A DNA stretch of 64,000 nucleotides from Hyphochytrium catenoides (Eukaryota; Protista; Hyphochytriomycota). The position numbers and the translations under genes are program-made. The notes beneath the pieces are model-generated. The model did not search any database. It worked only from the letters and a program-made list of their open reading frames with translations, and was not told the DNA's origin. How positions within the stretch are numbered: the first letter of the stretch is position 1; the number at the start of each line of letters is the position of its first letter. This document shows positions 35,701 through 49,091 of the stretch, piece by piece. The DNA lies in NCBI GenBank assembly GCA_900088475.1, contig FLMG01001010.1:186001-250000 (forward strand). The letters are read 5' to 3'.

Positions 35701-38700
35701 CTACGAAGAAGCTGGCCGAGCTGACCAAGCGAGTTCAGACCTTAGAGGTAAGTTACTGCGTCATCACTGGTGATCTGTGGAAGGAGTATGCTTCACCTAA
35801 CTGTCCCTAAATATATCTGTATACCTCAGTTTCCCTCGCCTTCCACCTACCTAACTCTCAACTGTTCACTAATGGTGCTTACCAACTTCCGCGAGCTTGT
35901 TCTGGATTCGGACTTTCTCTTATCGGTTATTCTCTTCTGTCACGTTCAGAATGAGCTCCTAGTTCTCCAAGCAAACGGATCCCAAGACTCAATGGGGGCT
36001 TTGCGCGAGGAGGCTGACAAGAAAGCAGCGGAAGCAGCAGCGGTGAAGGAACGCTTCGAAGCTCTTGTCATGTCAGTTTAAAGTGAATGCTATCAATTCC
36101 CTACTGTTGGCCTAATACGATGGTCCTCCCTCTGAACTCTTTGTTAACTAACTAAAGTACTAGATCCTTACGTCTCGCAGCTTCCTCATATCCCGATCTC
36201 TTCCTTCTTAGACAGCTCCTCACCGCTGTTGCTATGTCTCTCCATCCCCTCTATTCCATACCGTATAAACGTTGGAGTTATGGGCAAGTTGTAAGAGCCA
36301 TTTTGAGCTGCGTCCTCTTCTCACCTTTGACCTGATTAGATGTGTCTCTCGCTAACTAACCTCCTGTCTTTCAATAACAGCGAGTTCCAAGCAGCAGAAA
36401 GAGGATGGGCGGAGCAGGTAGCACGCATGGAGGCAGATGCAGCAGAGGAAAAGCAAAAGAATGAGCAAAGAGAGAGAGTAAGGGAGGAAGAGCGTGAGAA
36501 GCATCTCCGCATGCTTGCCGCCAGAGATAAGGCAGTGCAGGCTTATCAAGACGAACTGGTTGCGAGTCGTAAGGACAAGGAGAAGTTAGAAAATGAGATT
36601 AAAGCTCTCGAAGAAATACATACCTCTCTTGCAAGTAGAGCAGACGAAGGAGAAAGACAACTCAAGAGCTTAACTGAAAGCCTAGAGAAAGAGAAGAGAG
36701 AAAGAGATGAGGAGAAGCAGGCAATGCTTAGACAGGTGGCTTCCCTTGAGAAGGGAGGCGAAGCAGCTTCTGCAGGCATGTCTACGTTCTCTTCGCTGCC
36801 GCCGTCATCGTTCGTCAGAGTGGAAGAAGAGCTCCAGCGCATGACAGAGAACCTATCTAGACTGGAATTGGAACTGGAAAAGGTGACACAAGAAAGGACG
36901 GACGCCAACTTGGGGCTAAAGGCAGAGAAGCAGAGGACGGAATCGCTGGAAAGGTACGTTTGCCCGTTAACACTCTCTGTTTTATCTTACTGATCCGCCG
37001 TAGTGAGCTTCGAGAGGCAAAAGTAGCCATCCAAAGCTTTGAAGAAGACAAGGCAACGGCCCAAAGAAAAGCAGAAGAATTTAGATCGGCTGGTTTTCCT
37101 GCGCAGCTGGAGGAGAAGGAGGAGATCATCTCTCGCCTCGAAAAGGAGAAAGAGATTCTCTTTTCAAACATCCGTCGCTTGGAGACCAGTTTGGAAGAAT
37201 CGGAGAGAAGAAGAGAAAAAGTCGAGAGGTCTAGAAAAGACTCATTTGCTTGGAGTGAAGGTGGTCCAGTCTTCCACATTAGCTTTTCTTCCTCTCCTTC
37301 TTACTTGCTGTGGCCCATCAGGAGGAACCTTTTCAATCGCATTGTGCCTCTATTGACTCTTTGACTAGACCTCTACATGTTTGTCTATCGACATTCCCTG
37401 CTAACTCTTGGCTTCCGAACAGGGTCTGCTCTAGACTCCCCGAAAACTCCTGCAGCCGATCATCTAGCATTAGAGGCTGAGCTTGAGTTCAGCAAGCAGC
37501 AAGTCCTTATTCTTATGGAAGAGTTGAAGAAGGAAAGAGCCAAGGACGAGAGCGCAAAGAACACGAATACCGCCGAGAGGGAAGATGGTAGTGGAGACGG
37601 CTGGAAGAGCCGAGCGGCTGCTCTTGAAGAGGAAGTGAGGCGGAAAGAGGAAGAATTGGAGGCTCGCAGGCATGAACTCAAGCAGGCCTCTGGGCAACTG
37701 GATGATCTGCGGAGGGTCGTAGAAGAGAATGCTCAGAGTACTGCGAAGAGGTATTTGAGTCGGCAATGAATGATCCTTCTGTAGTTCTCTTCGTACTTCC
37801 TCCATTGACTTCTGTACGGCTTGTGACAAAAACTGCAAGCTAGATAGCCATTCTGCGTTTCAGTCTCCCATCGCATTGAGTCTCTTCCTATGTTAGCTTT
37901 ACTTATCATTTTGACTCTTCCTTACCGGTACTACAGGGTCGTAGAGTTAGAGGAACAGCTACAAATGTCCCAACAGCAGCTGCAGAGGACATCCAATGAA
38001 TATGAAGCAGAAAGGTCTCTTCTCGAAGGTGAGTGCCGCTCGAGGCACTGAGTGGATTATCGCACGTCTCTGCTCACCACGCCTCGCACGCCCCTCTGAT
38101 ATTTAAAAGAGGCTAAAGAAAGGGAGGGTCAACGGGAGCGCGAGGTTCAAGACCTGAGACTGGAGTTGGAAAGAAAAGAAAAGGAACTCTCAACTTTGAA
38201 GGCACAAAGCGAAGGCAATGCCCAACAGGTGATTCAGAGAGGGCAAAAGCGTGAAGGAAGTCAAATGAGGAAAATGGGAGGCATGTTGTGGATGTAGATG
38301 CCTAGCGTGTCTGAGCTGGTGTCTAACCTTGACCATAGCTTGAACTTCGGCTTATGGAACAGAGCCAAGCTCTCGAAAAAGAGAAACAAGAGCTACAGCA
38401 GAGGTATAGAGCTATGGAAGAAGAAGCCCACCGTCAGCTGCAAAGCGAGGTACGTCTGAACAACCTAGACCTAATAGCTCCTTGCCAGAGTGCAGCTCTC
38501 CACTTCCTATGCAAGCCCACAGTGTGCCTCATTTTTTTCTGCTTAGTTTGATCATCACCGTTCCGTGGACCAACACTGAGAATGGGAAGATTTTAGACTG
38601 AATGGAGGAAATAACGCTTAAGCTACCTTTTGCCTGTGTGTGCTGACACGATCCCTAGCTCTATATATTCCCCACCTCAAGTTGTCCTTAGTGTTTCTTA

Positions 38701-41700
38701 AACCTCCTTCGACCCATCAAATAATCCTTCGTTAGTCCTTGCCAGCTGTAGAGCAACTGAAATGGGAGCTTCAACAGATTCAGGAGCAAAGAGATAAACT
38801 TGGACAAAGAGTCATGCAGGTGTGGCAGAGAAAGATTGGCACCCTGAGCTTCGTGTTCCAATTACCCATTGTCCTTTTATTTGTCTCCTCAGGTATTCTT
38901 CTTCCTTGGCAGATTGTTCCTCTTGACTGGGGTTATCAGTGCTATCATTGTGCCACCTTACCCTTTTCCCTTGGTGAAGTCGTCAACTGACCAGCTCTTG
39001 TCAAACACTATTCTGACCAGCTGGAAGAAGAAGTTCTTCAGACACAACAATCTGTCCGTGGGTGGGAGGAGAAAGAACAGGATTTGACTCGAGAGCTTGA
39101 GAGGAGGCATCATGAGGAAGATGAGTTGAAAGGAAGGCTGGATGAAGATAGGAAACTCTATGAAGCTAAGCTTGAACAGGTACGTATCCAACTCTCTCCT
39201 ATCTGGGACTGTTAGTTTCTTGCTCTATCCTGCCTCTTGCTCTCGTTGCCTGCCTTTCGATGTAACGTTGTCCACTGGTGAAGATCTGTCTTTACTTACT
39301 GACTAGTTGTATTTGGCACATTAACTTCTCTTAATAACGGACATCTCTGATCAATCCATCAAAAGTCCTCTAGAGCCATCGAGGAGCTATCTGCTTCCGT
39401 GGCGGCCCTTAGACAAGAGGCCATAGTGCTGCAAGATCAGTTAACTAACAAGGAGGAAGAAGTGGCAAGCCTCAAGCAGGTGGTTGCTCAGGCTGCGGAG
39501 GACCGGTACGACCTCTGAAGCCCTTCTCACTCTCCTCTTTCTTCTCTCTACGATGGTGTCTGCTCTGTCTTACTGCGTCAGAAGTACTCTTAAGCTATTG
39601 CCCTTTCGATTTTAATATCTCAGTGCCGCTTTCCCTCCTATGTCAATAACGATACTCTATTCTCTATTGTGACAGGACGAGCTCTAGTAAAGTTCGTGAA
39701 AGGCTTGAGGAGCTGCAAAGGGAGTTTGAGGAGTCGAGGGAAACACAGCGATTGGAGCTGGTGAGGCAAAGGGAAGCTGACCAGCAAGAAAAGGAACTGT
39801 TCCTGGGGGAGGTCCGGCTGGAACGTGAGAGAGCAGAAGAGGAGAAGCACGCTCTTCAACTTCAACTGAGACAGGAAAGAGAAGGGAGAGAGGCTGCAGA
39901 GAGTCAGGTAGAGGCCTACAAGAGCAAAGCTGAACTTGAAGAGGAGAAACTTAATCTTGCTCTCAAAGAGAAGGGAGAGATACAAAGTGTAAGAGACCAC
40001 TTGGAATCAACAGTAATCCTTCCTCCCAGCCCTCATCATCAGCCTCCATCACTGTCAAGCGTTCGCTCCTACAGGGTCCATCATCTCTTGGCATGATACA
40101 GTTGGGACTTATTCCTTTAGTGTTTCGCCCTCTACCCGTTTGTTGCCAATCCCTAGACTCACGAAGCGCGGTCGTTATAAGCCGTCTGCTTCGATCCCTT
40201 GTCGCTGTCGTCCTCTTCTGGTGTCGTCGTGCCCTTGTGGCCGTCGTTTTTGACTTTTGCTGCTTAATCGCAGGCCCTGGCCCAGCTGCAAGCGTCACAC
40301 GAGCGATGGGAGCAGGAGAAAGGGAAGCTTCTGTCAGAGGTACGAGATCTGGCAGCCCGCCACGAGGAAAGCGTACGGCAGCTTCACAGTGAGCTCAGGA
40401 AGAAGGAGGAGGAAAAGGAGGTAAGCTGTAAATGAGGAGGGTCATGCCATGACTATTGGCGACCAGCATGATGCGTTTAGATAAAGTAAAGACATCACGT
40501 GAGGTGATGACTCGTGAGAGCGGTACGGAGGTCCTCAAAGCTCCTACATCTTAGGCGCTAGCAGTGGCGAAGCTTGAGGCAGAAGCTGCTCTGCGGGCAG
40601 CGGGTGAAAAAAGAGCGGCAGCCCAACGTGAAGTGACACAGCTAAAGGAGACAATCGCCAGAGGAGACAAAGAGAGAGCTGACCTCACAGAACAGGTTAT
40701 TGCTAGAACCTTCTCGTCCTTTCGTTTCACCTTGCGGACTTCCGATCTCCATGGTCTCAACAACACCGGTGACCACCTGGGATTTACGTTCACCAATCTT
40801 ACCCCCTGACCTCTCTTGCCTCTACAACTGCGCAACGGACTCGCACCACCGACCCGCTCTTCCTCTCCTCCGGCTCTTTCTGCATCGCTATGTCTGCAGC
40901 TGGCCAAGGCACAGGCTAGTGCTGATGCGGCAGCAAGTCTTACTTCGAGACTTCGTTCTGACCTTCACAAGGAGGAAAGGGAAAAGAAGGAGTTGAAAGG
41001 GGAGCTACAAAGCCTTTCTTCCCAGCTAAAGGAGGAGAGGGCAAGGGCCGCGGACTCCTATCAGAAGCTATCTAGTTTGAGGGTGCAGCTTCAGAGTAAG
41101 GAGGAGGAAGCTGCTGCCGGTGAGTGGGTAGAGTCACCGCAAGCGGAAAATCCATTTAAGCAGAAGAATGGAACGGAGAGCGAGCCACGATAAAAGAGAC
41201 CAATAAGCTGAATCATTGAAAGCGCGTCTAACACTCGATACTACCAGCATCTGAAGCTCGGCGGAGTTTGGAAAGGCTGGCCCAAGAAGCGCAGCAACTT
41301 TCCCTGGAAAGAGAGGATCTCAAACGACAACTGGGAGCTGTACAGGCAGAGCTTCAGGTAAACGCAGTCACCTGAGTGAGGGTGCTCAGGCTAATCAGCC
41401 CGCTAATGGCACTGGATAGATATTGAGCAAGCTCTAGTCTCTGAAGTTGCAGTTAGGCTGGCCTTCTTCTAAGTCTACGTCTATCAATCCCATTGTTTTC
41501 GTTCGCTCTAAAGCAGTTCAGTTCTCTTTTCCTACCTTATCTTCTTGGATCAAGGGGGCCCCAATCTTGACAAAGACCACACCTCTTAGGAGAGACAGGC
41601 AACTGAGTTGGCCCTTCAAACCGAGCGGGATAGGGTCTTCAGCGAGCTTGAGGTGGGCGGCTTCTCAATAACTTTTTCCTTCAAGGTTTCTTACTGAATA

Positions 41701-43992
41701 GTAATTGATTCTATCTCACTCTTCGCGGTTTCCTTTTATGAAGACTATGAGATCCTACGCGAATCTCCAGGTGGAGACCGTTGAGGTAAAGATGTTTTTG
41801 CTTTAAATCTGGTGCTTGATTGCCAGCAGCCAGCTGCTGGTGTTGGTCTCTGGCTATCCTCTTTTCTCTTCTTCCTTCGGTCTTTGCAGGCCAGAGGTTG
41901 CCTTCACCTCGCTGTGCTTTGAAGAACATTCATTACTTCCTCATTCCCATATATTTAGCGGCTCTCATCTAAGCGGGCTGATCGTCTTGCCTTTGGGGTC
42001 ATTTCTCACACTCTTCTAACAACTGCAGAGTCTGCAGTCAGAGCTAAGAATAAAGGGAGAACAGTTGGCTGGAGTGCTGACGGCCCAAGGAGAGCTGAAA
42101 AGAGTCCGCGGTTTGCTCGAGGAACAAAACCGAGAGATAGAAGAAGCAAGAAGAATGCTGGAAAGAGGACAAGAGAAGGAACAGCTCTTGGGCGAGAGAG
42201 AAAAGGAGCTTTGGGCCCTGAGAAGAGAGAACGATGTGAAGGGGCAACAGGTAACGAAGAAAAGAGCTTCTACAATCCTCCCGATAGTCTACCATTGCCA
42301 GCATGGGCTGTTGTTCGAGTACGTGATTCTTGCTTACGTCTCCCTCTTGTGTCGAATGTCGACAGGTAGCGTTCACCTTCTCTCTTCTGGCCGCTATATG
42401 TTGTTCGATTGAAGCTCTGTGATGCTCTCTCCCTTGTATTGATTCATATTCCGACCATTGCACTTATCGCTTGCTTTTATATGCGATTCAGCTTGAGTCA
42501 CTGCGGAAAGAGCTACATGGCCTCCAGACTCTCCGACAAGGGTTTGAGTCCGAGAAGAGGAATTGGGCGTCGCGCGCAGAAGAGGCAGAGAGGGCAATCG
42601 AGGAGGAGAAGTCTCAGAGCAAACATCTTAAGGTATCTAATGGCAGAATTTACATTGGCCTGTTCATGGCTATGAATAAATATGACTAAATGCGCCAATC
42701 TCTCATAGATGCAACTCTCTAGCCTAGAGAATGACCTCCATAGTCTCTCCCAGGCAAAACATAGGTTAGAGGTAGATCTGGCAGATAAAGATAGGATGCT
42801 GAATACCGAGAGAGCGAGACTTGAGAAGGAAGCCTCAGCCCTCAAGGAGGACAAGGAAAGGCTGACCTCTCAGCTCAGCGGCCAGCAAAAGCTCTTTCAG
42901 GAGCGCTTTCAGGCTGCCGTGACATCATCAAAGGCAGAAGCTGACCGGTTGCGAGCTGAGCGGGCAGAAATGCAGGTACTAGCCGGATTAAGATGAGCAA
43001 CGATTGGGTCAGAGGATAGTTCATAGCGCGTAACGACGGGGCAACGGTTTGGGAAGGCTCGAGGGAGGTGTAAAGAATTGCATTCAATGCCTTGTCGACA
43101 TCCAGCGCTGAGTTAGCTTCTGTCCAGAGCTACTGTGAATCTATGGCAAGACAAACGAAGGACCTTCATTTAAGAGTAGAAGCGAGAAACAGGTAACTTC
43201 GTGCTATTGTGTGGATATTCCTCGGATGATCCCTACTGCCCACTCTGCCTGTTCCATTGCTGTCAAACTGTCCCCTACTTTCTGTCCTTTCTTTTTTCTT
43301 CCGCCTCTTGTTGCTAAAAACCCTGCTTTCACTGGGATTGACTGACTTTGCCAATCGACTTCCCTTTCAGAGAGATTCGTGAGCTCATCACCGAGAAGTC
43401 CAGTTTAGAAGCGAAGCTTAGACGGTTGATAGAGCACCAGAGCTTCTCACGTCTTCATAACTCTTCACAGTCTACTCCTGCGGAGGAGAGATCGCGAGGG
43501 GATGGGGAGATCCTTCCTGACCTTCAGTTTGACTTCGAAAAGGTTTGGCTCAACGGCTTGCAAGCTTTCACTCGCGTTGTTTTGCCTTCTCGTGCGCGGT
43601 TTCACTTCGATATTCCTCTTCTCTCTGTAGGCTTTACACCTATCCCTCTCCTTACTCAATCAATGGCCAACATTCCACTTCTCGCGACCTCTTTTCATCA
43701 CAGTTGGAGCTTTGGAAACTTCTGGAGGATGGGATAGGGCAGCTCCGTGCTGACCTTCAGAAGGCGAGCGAGGAGGTGGATGGGGTCCTCTATTCTCATG
43801 ACTACGAGCACCACTCCCGCGATAGCCACTCGTTCTCTCTCAGCCATCCTGAGGTTTCTATCACGTACTCCGCGATGGATGGCAATCCAACCATGGTGTC
43901 ACAGCAAGCAACTAGGTGATGCTTCTCTTAGCGCATCACCCAAAATGTCGCATAAGCTGGCTTACTGCTAAGTCGCAGTCCACCTTAGATGA
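32763..43992 (+). CDS. Very large coiled-coil protein, golgin-like
   Basis: Starts MSWLFGSTAL. More than 25 phase-consistent exons encode continuous E/K/R/Q/L heptad-rich sequence. The last junction ACTAG|GT (about 43917) joins to AG|ATGA, giving a stop at 43990-43992. No globular domain recognised. Confidence 0.8.
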
Positions 43993-44711
43993 CTCGGTAG
44001 CTAGGGACGGGTGAGAGAAACAAGCCCCCGAGAGCCAAAGTGCGCAAGTAGGCATTGTTAGTGTTTAGGGGGAAAGGACAGATATCCTTTACGTTGGAAG
44101 TGCAACTTCAGGCCACGGGCAAGACAGCTGTTCAAACCTTCTGTATTTAACTAAGTCAACACCTATCTTAGCTACAAACCTGCCAATCCATACAAAGTTC
44201 TGGCAAGAGTACATCTAGCTTCCCGGCATTGTACCAGTCCAGAAGAAGAGTTTGTTGGGTGGGCATGGGAAGAGATTAGTGGCATAGCATGTCATAACGC
44301 AATCCAACCCCAACAGCAACAATGCCCCTTCTTCACATCTAAAGCACAGGGGCGGCCTCCTACACCAGCTTATCAAAGAGATTCAAGGAGAGAGAAAGAG
44401 AGTGTGCGAGGCGCCTGTCACCTGCCACCTCTTCCTCTTGAAGCTTCGTTCAAGCTCTGGAGGACAGCCACAGCCGTAATGAAGATGATGGTCCCCTGCC
44501 ATGATGCCGCTTCAGGCAGCGCTTCAACCGCCAAAACTCTCGCTAGAAATGTATCTTTGTTACGACTAAAGAGCCGTTACCGGCAAGGTTATGACCGAGA
44601 GAGGGCTTGAAGCATGATACCTGAAGATGAGCCGGTACTAGTTCTTATACTTGGGCTTGAGAATCACATCTTCCTTAACATTAACCGCGGGATCCCTTTC
44701 AGTTCCATGAT

Positions 44712-44736
<25 letters not shown>
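44712..44736. repeat. (CT)n microsatellite
   Basis: Perfect TC run inside a CT-rich stretch upstream of the carrier gene. Confidence 0.9.
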
Positions 44737-44742
<6 letters not shown>

Positions 44743-45162
44743 GATACTCGCTCTCCCTCTCATTCTCTTCTACCTGTGTCTCTCTCTTGGTCTCTCTCTC
44801 CATCTCTTCTCTCCATCACCAGTGATCACAAGCTGTTTCGAAGGGATGTGCTGGCTGCACAGCCACTCTCCCTGGGGATTCTTGGCCGGAGTCCTTGACC
44901 CCCGTCCATCGCGACGTCCCATTCTCCTCTCGACCACCTCCAGACATCTTTGGGATCATCAGGCCCTGCCATTGTTGTCTGCTGCTCAGGCAGCCTATGT
45001 TGCCTCCGTTTTCCTGCAGGTTGAACACGCGCTAAGCTTGATCTTCAAGGTTGCCTTTGTCTTTGTCTGCGGCTGTTCAGTGGTGACTGCGCGCCTCTCT
45101 TTGTATTCATCCTCGCCATCGCGCCACCCCTCTGTGCCTTCATCCTTCTATTATCCTCCGCG

Positions 45163-46704
45163 ATGGGCCTTCTACCGGATTCAGCACTTGTTAGCGCTCA
45201 GCCATATGTGGTTGGCGGTTCGGCCGCCGTGCTGGCGGCAATCGCGATTCACCCGATAGACCTGGCAAAGCTCCAGATCCAGTTGGCCGGGCAATACAAT
45301 CCGCAGGCTCGGCTCACATTTGCTGGAGTCTGTAAGGAAGTGGTGGTCACCTCAGGTGTGCGCGGACTCTATGCTGGAGTTTCAGCGGCGGTTGCGAGGC
45401 AGGTGAGGACACTAGTACAGAGACAGGATCTCTTTCGCATCCAAAGATGCACTAGCTTCAAAATTCTTGCACTTGGAAAGCCGCCTGGCCTCTAGTGTCC
45501 TGCTGACATCAATTGGTCTCTCTAGTTTTCTGTTCTCTTGTAATGTCTTCTCTTTTGGATATGTCTTCTTATCTGATAGCTCCTTTTCTACTTCTTCCGC
45601 TAGATGGTTTACGGGACAGCTCGCCTAGGCCTACATCGTGCTGTCTCTGATCACGTTCAAGCGTGGAGAGTGAAGAACGGTGCTACTGACTCGCTTCCTG
45701 GCTGGATGAAAGGGACAATTGCGGCTTCCACCGGCGCCGTGGCGGCTGTTTTGGGTTGTCCGATGGACGTGGCGCTGGTACGGATGCAGGCCGAAAGCAA
45801 GACGAAGAGCTTCGACCAGCGAGCTTACAAGAACGTCGCTCAAGCAATCCTCAAGATAACCAGAGAGGAAGGTGCGTATAGCAAGAGACTGAAGTGGTCG
45901 GAGAAGATCTAGGAAAGTGGGAGGAAGAGGGAAATTGCACCAAATTGTCATGTAAGAAGGAGAATAGGCGTAACCTATATAGACTTGAGACCAGAAAGGG
46001 TAGGCAGATGAGGACACCAAGATACAGAGAGGTATGACCTCTTTCGCAACCTGACTGACGAGTTAACTTGCTCCCCATTGTGCTTTCATGTTGAAGGCGT
46101 TGGTACTCTATGGCGGGGAACAGTTCCGTTAGTAGCCAGAGGAGCAGCAATGAACTTTGGAATGATGGCTTCTTACGATCAAGTAAGTGCCCTTGCCTTA
46201 TGATAATCAGGTGTCACGGGACTTTCTTTCCGGTTTTCCCGCTTCATCGAGCGGGTTTCCGATCCGACCTGTTGTTGAAAAGCTGCATACTCCGCTCCCA
46301 TTATTTTCTTGTGAAGGACTATTTTCTGTAAGCCAGTACCCTAATGACTTCTTTCTTACGGCGTGCAGAGTAAGGAGATGCTGGTGCGTCTCAATGGCGG
46401 CAGAGATAACGTATACATCCAGCTAGGTTGCAGTGCGCTCTCAGGCTTCGTATGTGCTTTCACCTCTCTTCCTTTCGACCTGATGAAGAGCAGATTGATG
46501 AACATGAAGCCCGACGCCAATGGACAGCTTCCGTACAAGAGCTTGTCAGACTGCGCGGTGAAGATCATGAAGAGAGAGGGACCAGCAGCGTTCTGGAGAG
46601 GATATTGGACGTATTATGGACGATGTGCGCCGAATGCGATGATTGTTTTGCTGCTAGTGGAGCAGTTCAATCAGATGTACAGGAAACTATTAGTAGGGCG
46701 GTGA
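45163..46704 (+). CDS. Mitochondrial 2-oxoglutarate/malate (dicarboxylate-tricarboxylate) carrier, SLC25 family
   Basis: Four exons. Signature motifs HPIDLAK, CPMDVALVRMQA and LPFDLMKSRL; also GLYAGVSAAVARQMVYGTARLG, MASYDQSKE and FWRGYWTYYGRCAPNAMI. Confidence 0.92.
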
Positions 46705-47242
46705 AGGACGACCGTGACCTCCAGAGAAAGAGCAGACAGGGAAAAGGACCTAGTGCTTGTCCTTTCTTGTCGATGGTCCACTTAGAGCTAGTGCGCAACC
46801 CATGAATATTGGAGGCGCTGGTGTACATTATCAAGACAAAAAAGGGAGGAAAGGTAACGGAGATGAGAACAATGGAAAGGGGCGAGTTATGATCAAGGGC
46901 TTTGTAGTCTATTTATCAGGCATGTTATCGCTAAGACTTGGTAACATAAAGCATAAATATCAGTTCATGAGGGCTGCCTCCTGGCGGGAAGGGAGCAAGA
47001 CTGGCAGATGAGGTCTGATGCCACCGCTTGCCAGGTCCGCTACCGGTCGTACTTGGCAGACTTCGCGAAGCAAAATACCTGACTCTCGCCACCATCGTGA
47101 GTAAGACCAGAGTGGCCGTCTTTCTTCCTCTAAGGAAAGTGCAGCACTCCAAATGAGGTCTTGCCACTACGCTGAGGACGAGTTGTTTAGCCTTAACGAT
47201 CTAAGGCGATCAAGACCCTCGGAGGACTCTTCTGGAAAATGC

Positions 47243-47258
47243 TTAGGGTTAGGGTTAG
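47243..47258 (+). repeat. Interstitial telomere-like tract (TTAGGG x 2.7)
   Basis: TTAGGGTTAGGGTTAG in intergenic DNA. Confidence 0.7.
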
Positions 47259-48757
47259 AGACACTGACCTAACCATAGATTCTATTTGGCTAAATCCTTG
47301 GGTGGGTGGAGTCTAGGTCAGGGGCCGCTGATGCGAGTCCATCGCCGTCTTGACTCTCCTTTTGTATCTGTGTACAAGTCTGAGGTGAACTTCGACCAGT
47401 AACGCGAGGAAGTCTTCGAAGGCTGTACAAAAGCACTTCAAAGCCCCGATTTGCATCACACTCTTAGCCTAGAGCTTGTCTGACTAATATTGCGGCACCC
47501 TTCCCGCAACACGATTATTTCTTGCAGGAACGTGCAGCAGGAGCCGCATTTGTTGTCAAACCTGTATAAAGGTCTCAAGGATTCGTTATCATTTTCTGCT
47601 TTCAAAAGACCTCTATGACGCCTGACTAGCTGACCTAGGTGTCGACTATGTAAATAAAAGGAAAAGGATGGAGACTACTATGAGGAAGGGGGATTGGGAT
47701 CATTGGACCGAGAATCTTTAGATCGGCTTCCGTATCATGGGCTCCCTTACCATGATTTTATAGCGCCAGGTTCAGGCTTGGTGGGTACTCCTAGTCCCAA
47801 CCTCTTCCCTGCTGACTAACATAGCTCTCTCCATCCTAATCCCTTTTGGTGCGAAAGCACAAGGCACTTCTATCAGCTCTTCTATCTCCATTGTCACCCA
47901 GAAAGGACGTGCTATAATGTGGTTGACTCTACTCTCAGAAAACAAAGATACCATCTGCATATCTCATTTAACATTGTTCCTCGCTCTTTTGGCCTATGAG
48001 CCAATGGGACGATCCTTCCGTACTGGTGATAGCCGATGGGCGATGGACTAGAATAGTCCTTACGTAATGACCTTTCAATTGACCCATCCTTCAGTTTCCT
48101 CAACAGCTTGCACAAGCACCGGTTCATCGGCTCATCAGCTCATCCGTCAGAGCCAAACTGATCTGCAATCTGGATCTTCATTTGATCCGCCCTAGAACTT
48201 TGGTACTCGTAAACTCGCACCATTTGAAGATTTGAAAACTTGAAATCTGCGCCTTCCCTGTTCGTTGTTCGTTGTTCGGACAAGTATGTACAGGTAGACG
48301 TTGTAAGGCTTTTATTGCAACACCAAACCAACCAGTACATCCTTCCTTCCTACCGTCATACAGCATAAGAACAGATATATTAGGGATGAACGGACTAATA
48401 AGTGGATGTATATTGAATATTATTGGCAGCTGGGTGTTTGATCACTGTTGGCCTGTCAGCGGCCGTATTCTGAACAAGACCAATGAGGGTTCTTGATTAC
48501 GCTCCCATGAAGGTCTTTCATGAAGGAATTGGTTGCTTGATTCACGCCGTTGTGGGTTTGTCATGTGGCTAATATTAGGAGAGGCTTTTGTTCCCTCTGC
48601 ACTTGCTCCAAGGGATGCTTCGACTGGTTCAGAGCGAAGCGGAAGTGCGAGAAGCGAAGTGATGAAGAGATTCGACGGCGCCGTTAGCCCCTCCAACCCC
48701 GCACACATAGACAGACCACAAAGAACTAGAGGAGAAAGAGACAGAAGCGGAAGGGGG

Positions 48758-48785
<28 letters not shown>
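48758..48785. repeat. (GA)n microsatellite upstream of the ABCF gene
   Basis: Perfect GA run. Confidence 0.9.
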
Positions 48786-48788
<3 letters not shown>

Positions 48789-49091
48789 CCATCCAGCACG
48801 CCAGTAGGCCAAGGCCAAACGTACAGTAAGAGACCAACGATCTCTCTCCTACTCGTCTTCATCCTCATCGCGCGGACAGCCACAGCAGCTCTTACAGTTT
48901 GCGTTTGTCGGCCCCTTCTCCACCACAGTAGCGCATCTGTACACTGCCGCTTCAGGGTTTGGAGAACTCTACGCCACGCAATCTGACGGCGTATAAAGTC
49001 TATCCTCACATATACAGAGGCTTGTCTTCACTGAAGTCTCTGTCCTAAACTTTACGAACCGCGTCATACCGTGAGCTAAGGTTTAGAAAAT

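Noticed and set aside
47243-47258. Telomerase RNA template
   Set aside because: 2.7 repeats is longer than a typical template of about 1.5 repeats, and I see no promoter or pseudoknot evidence.
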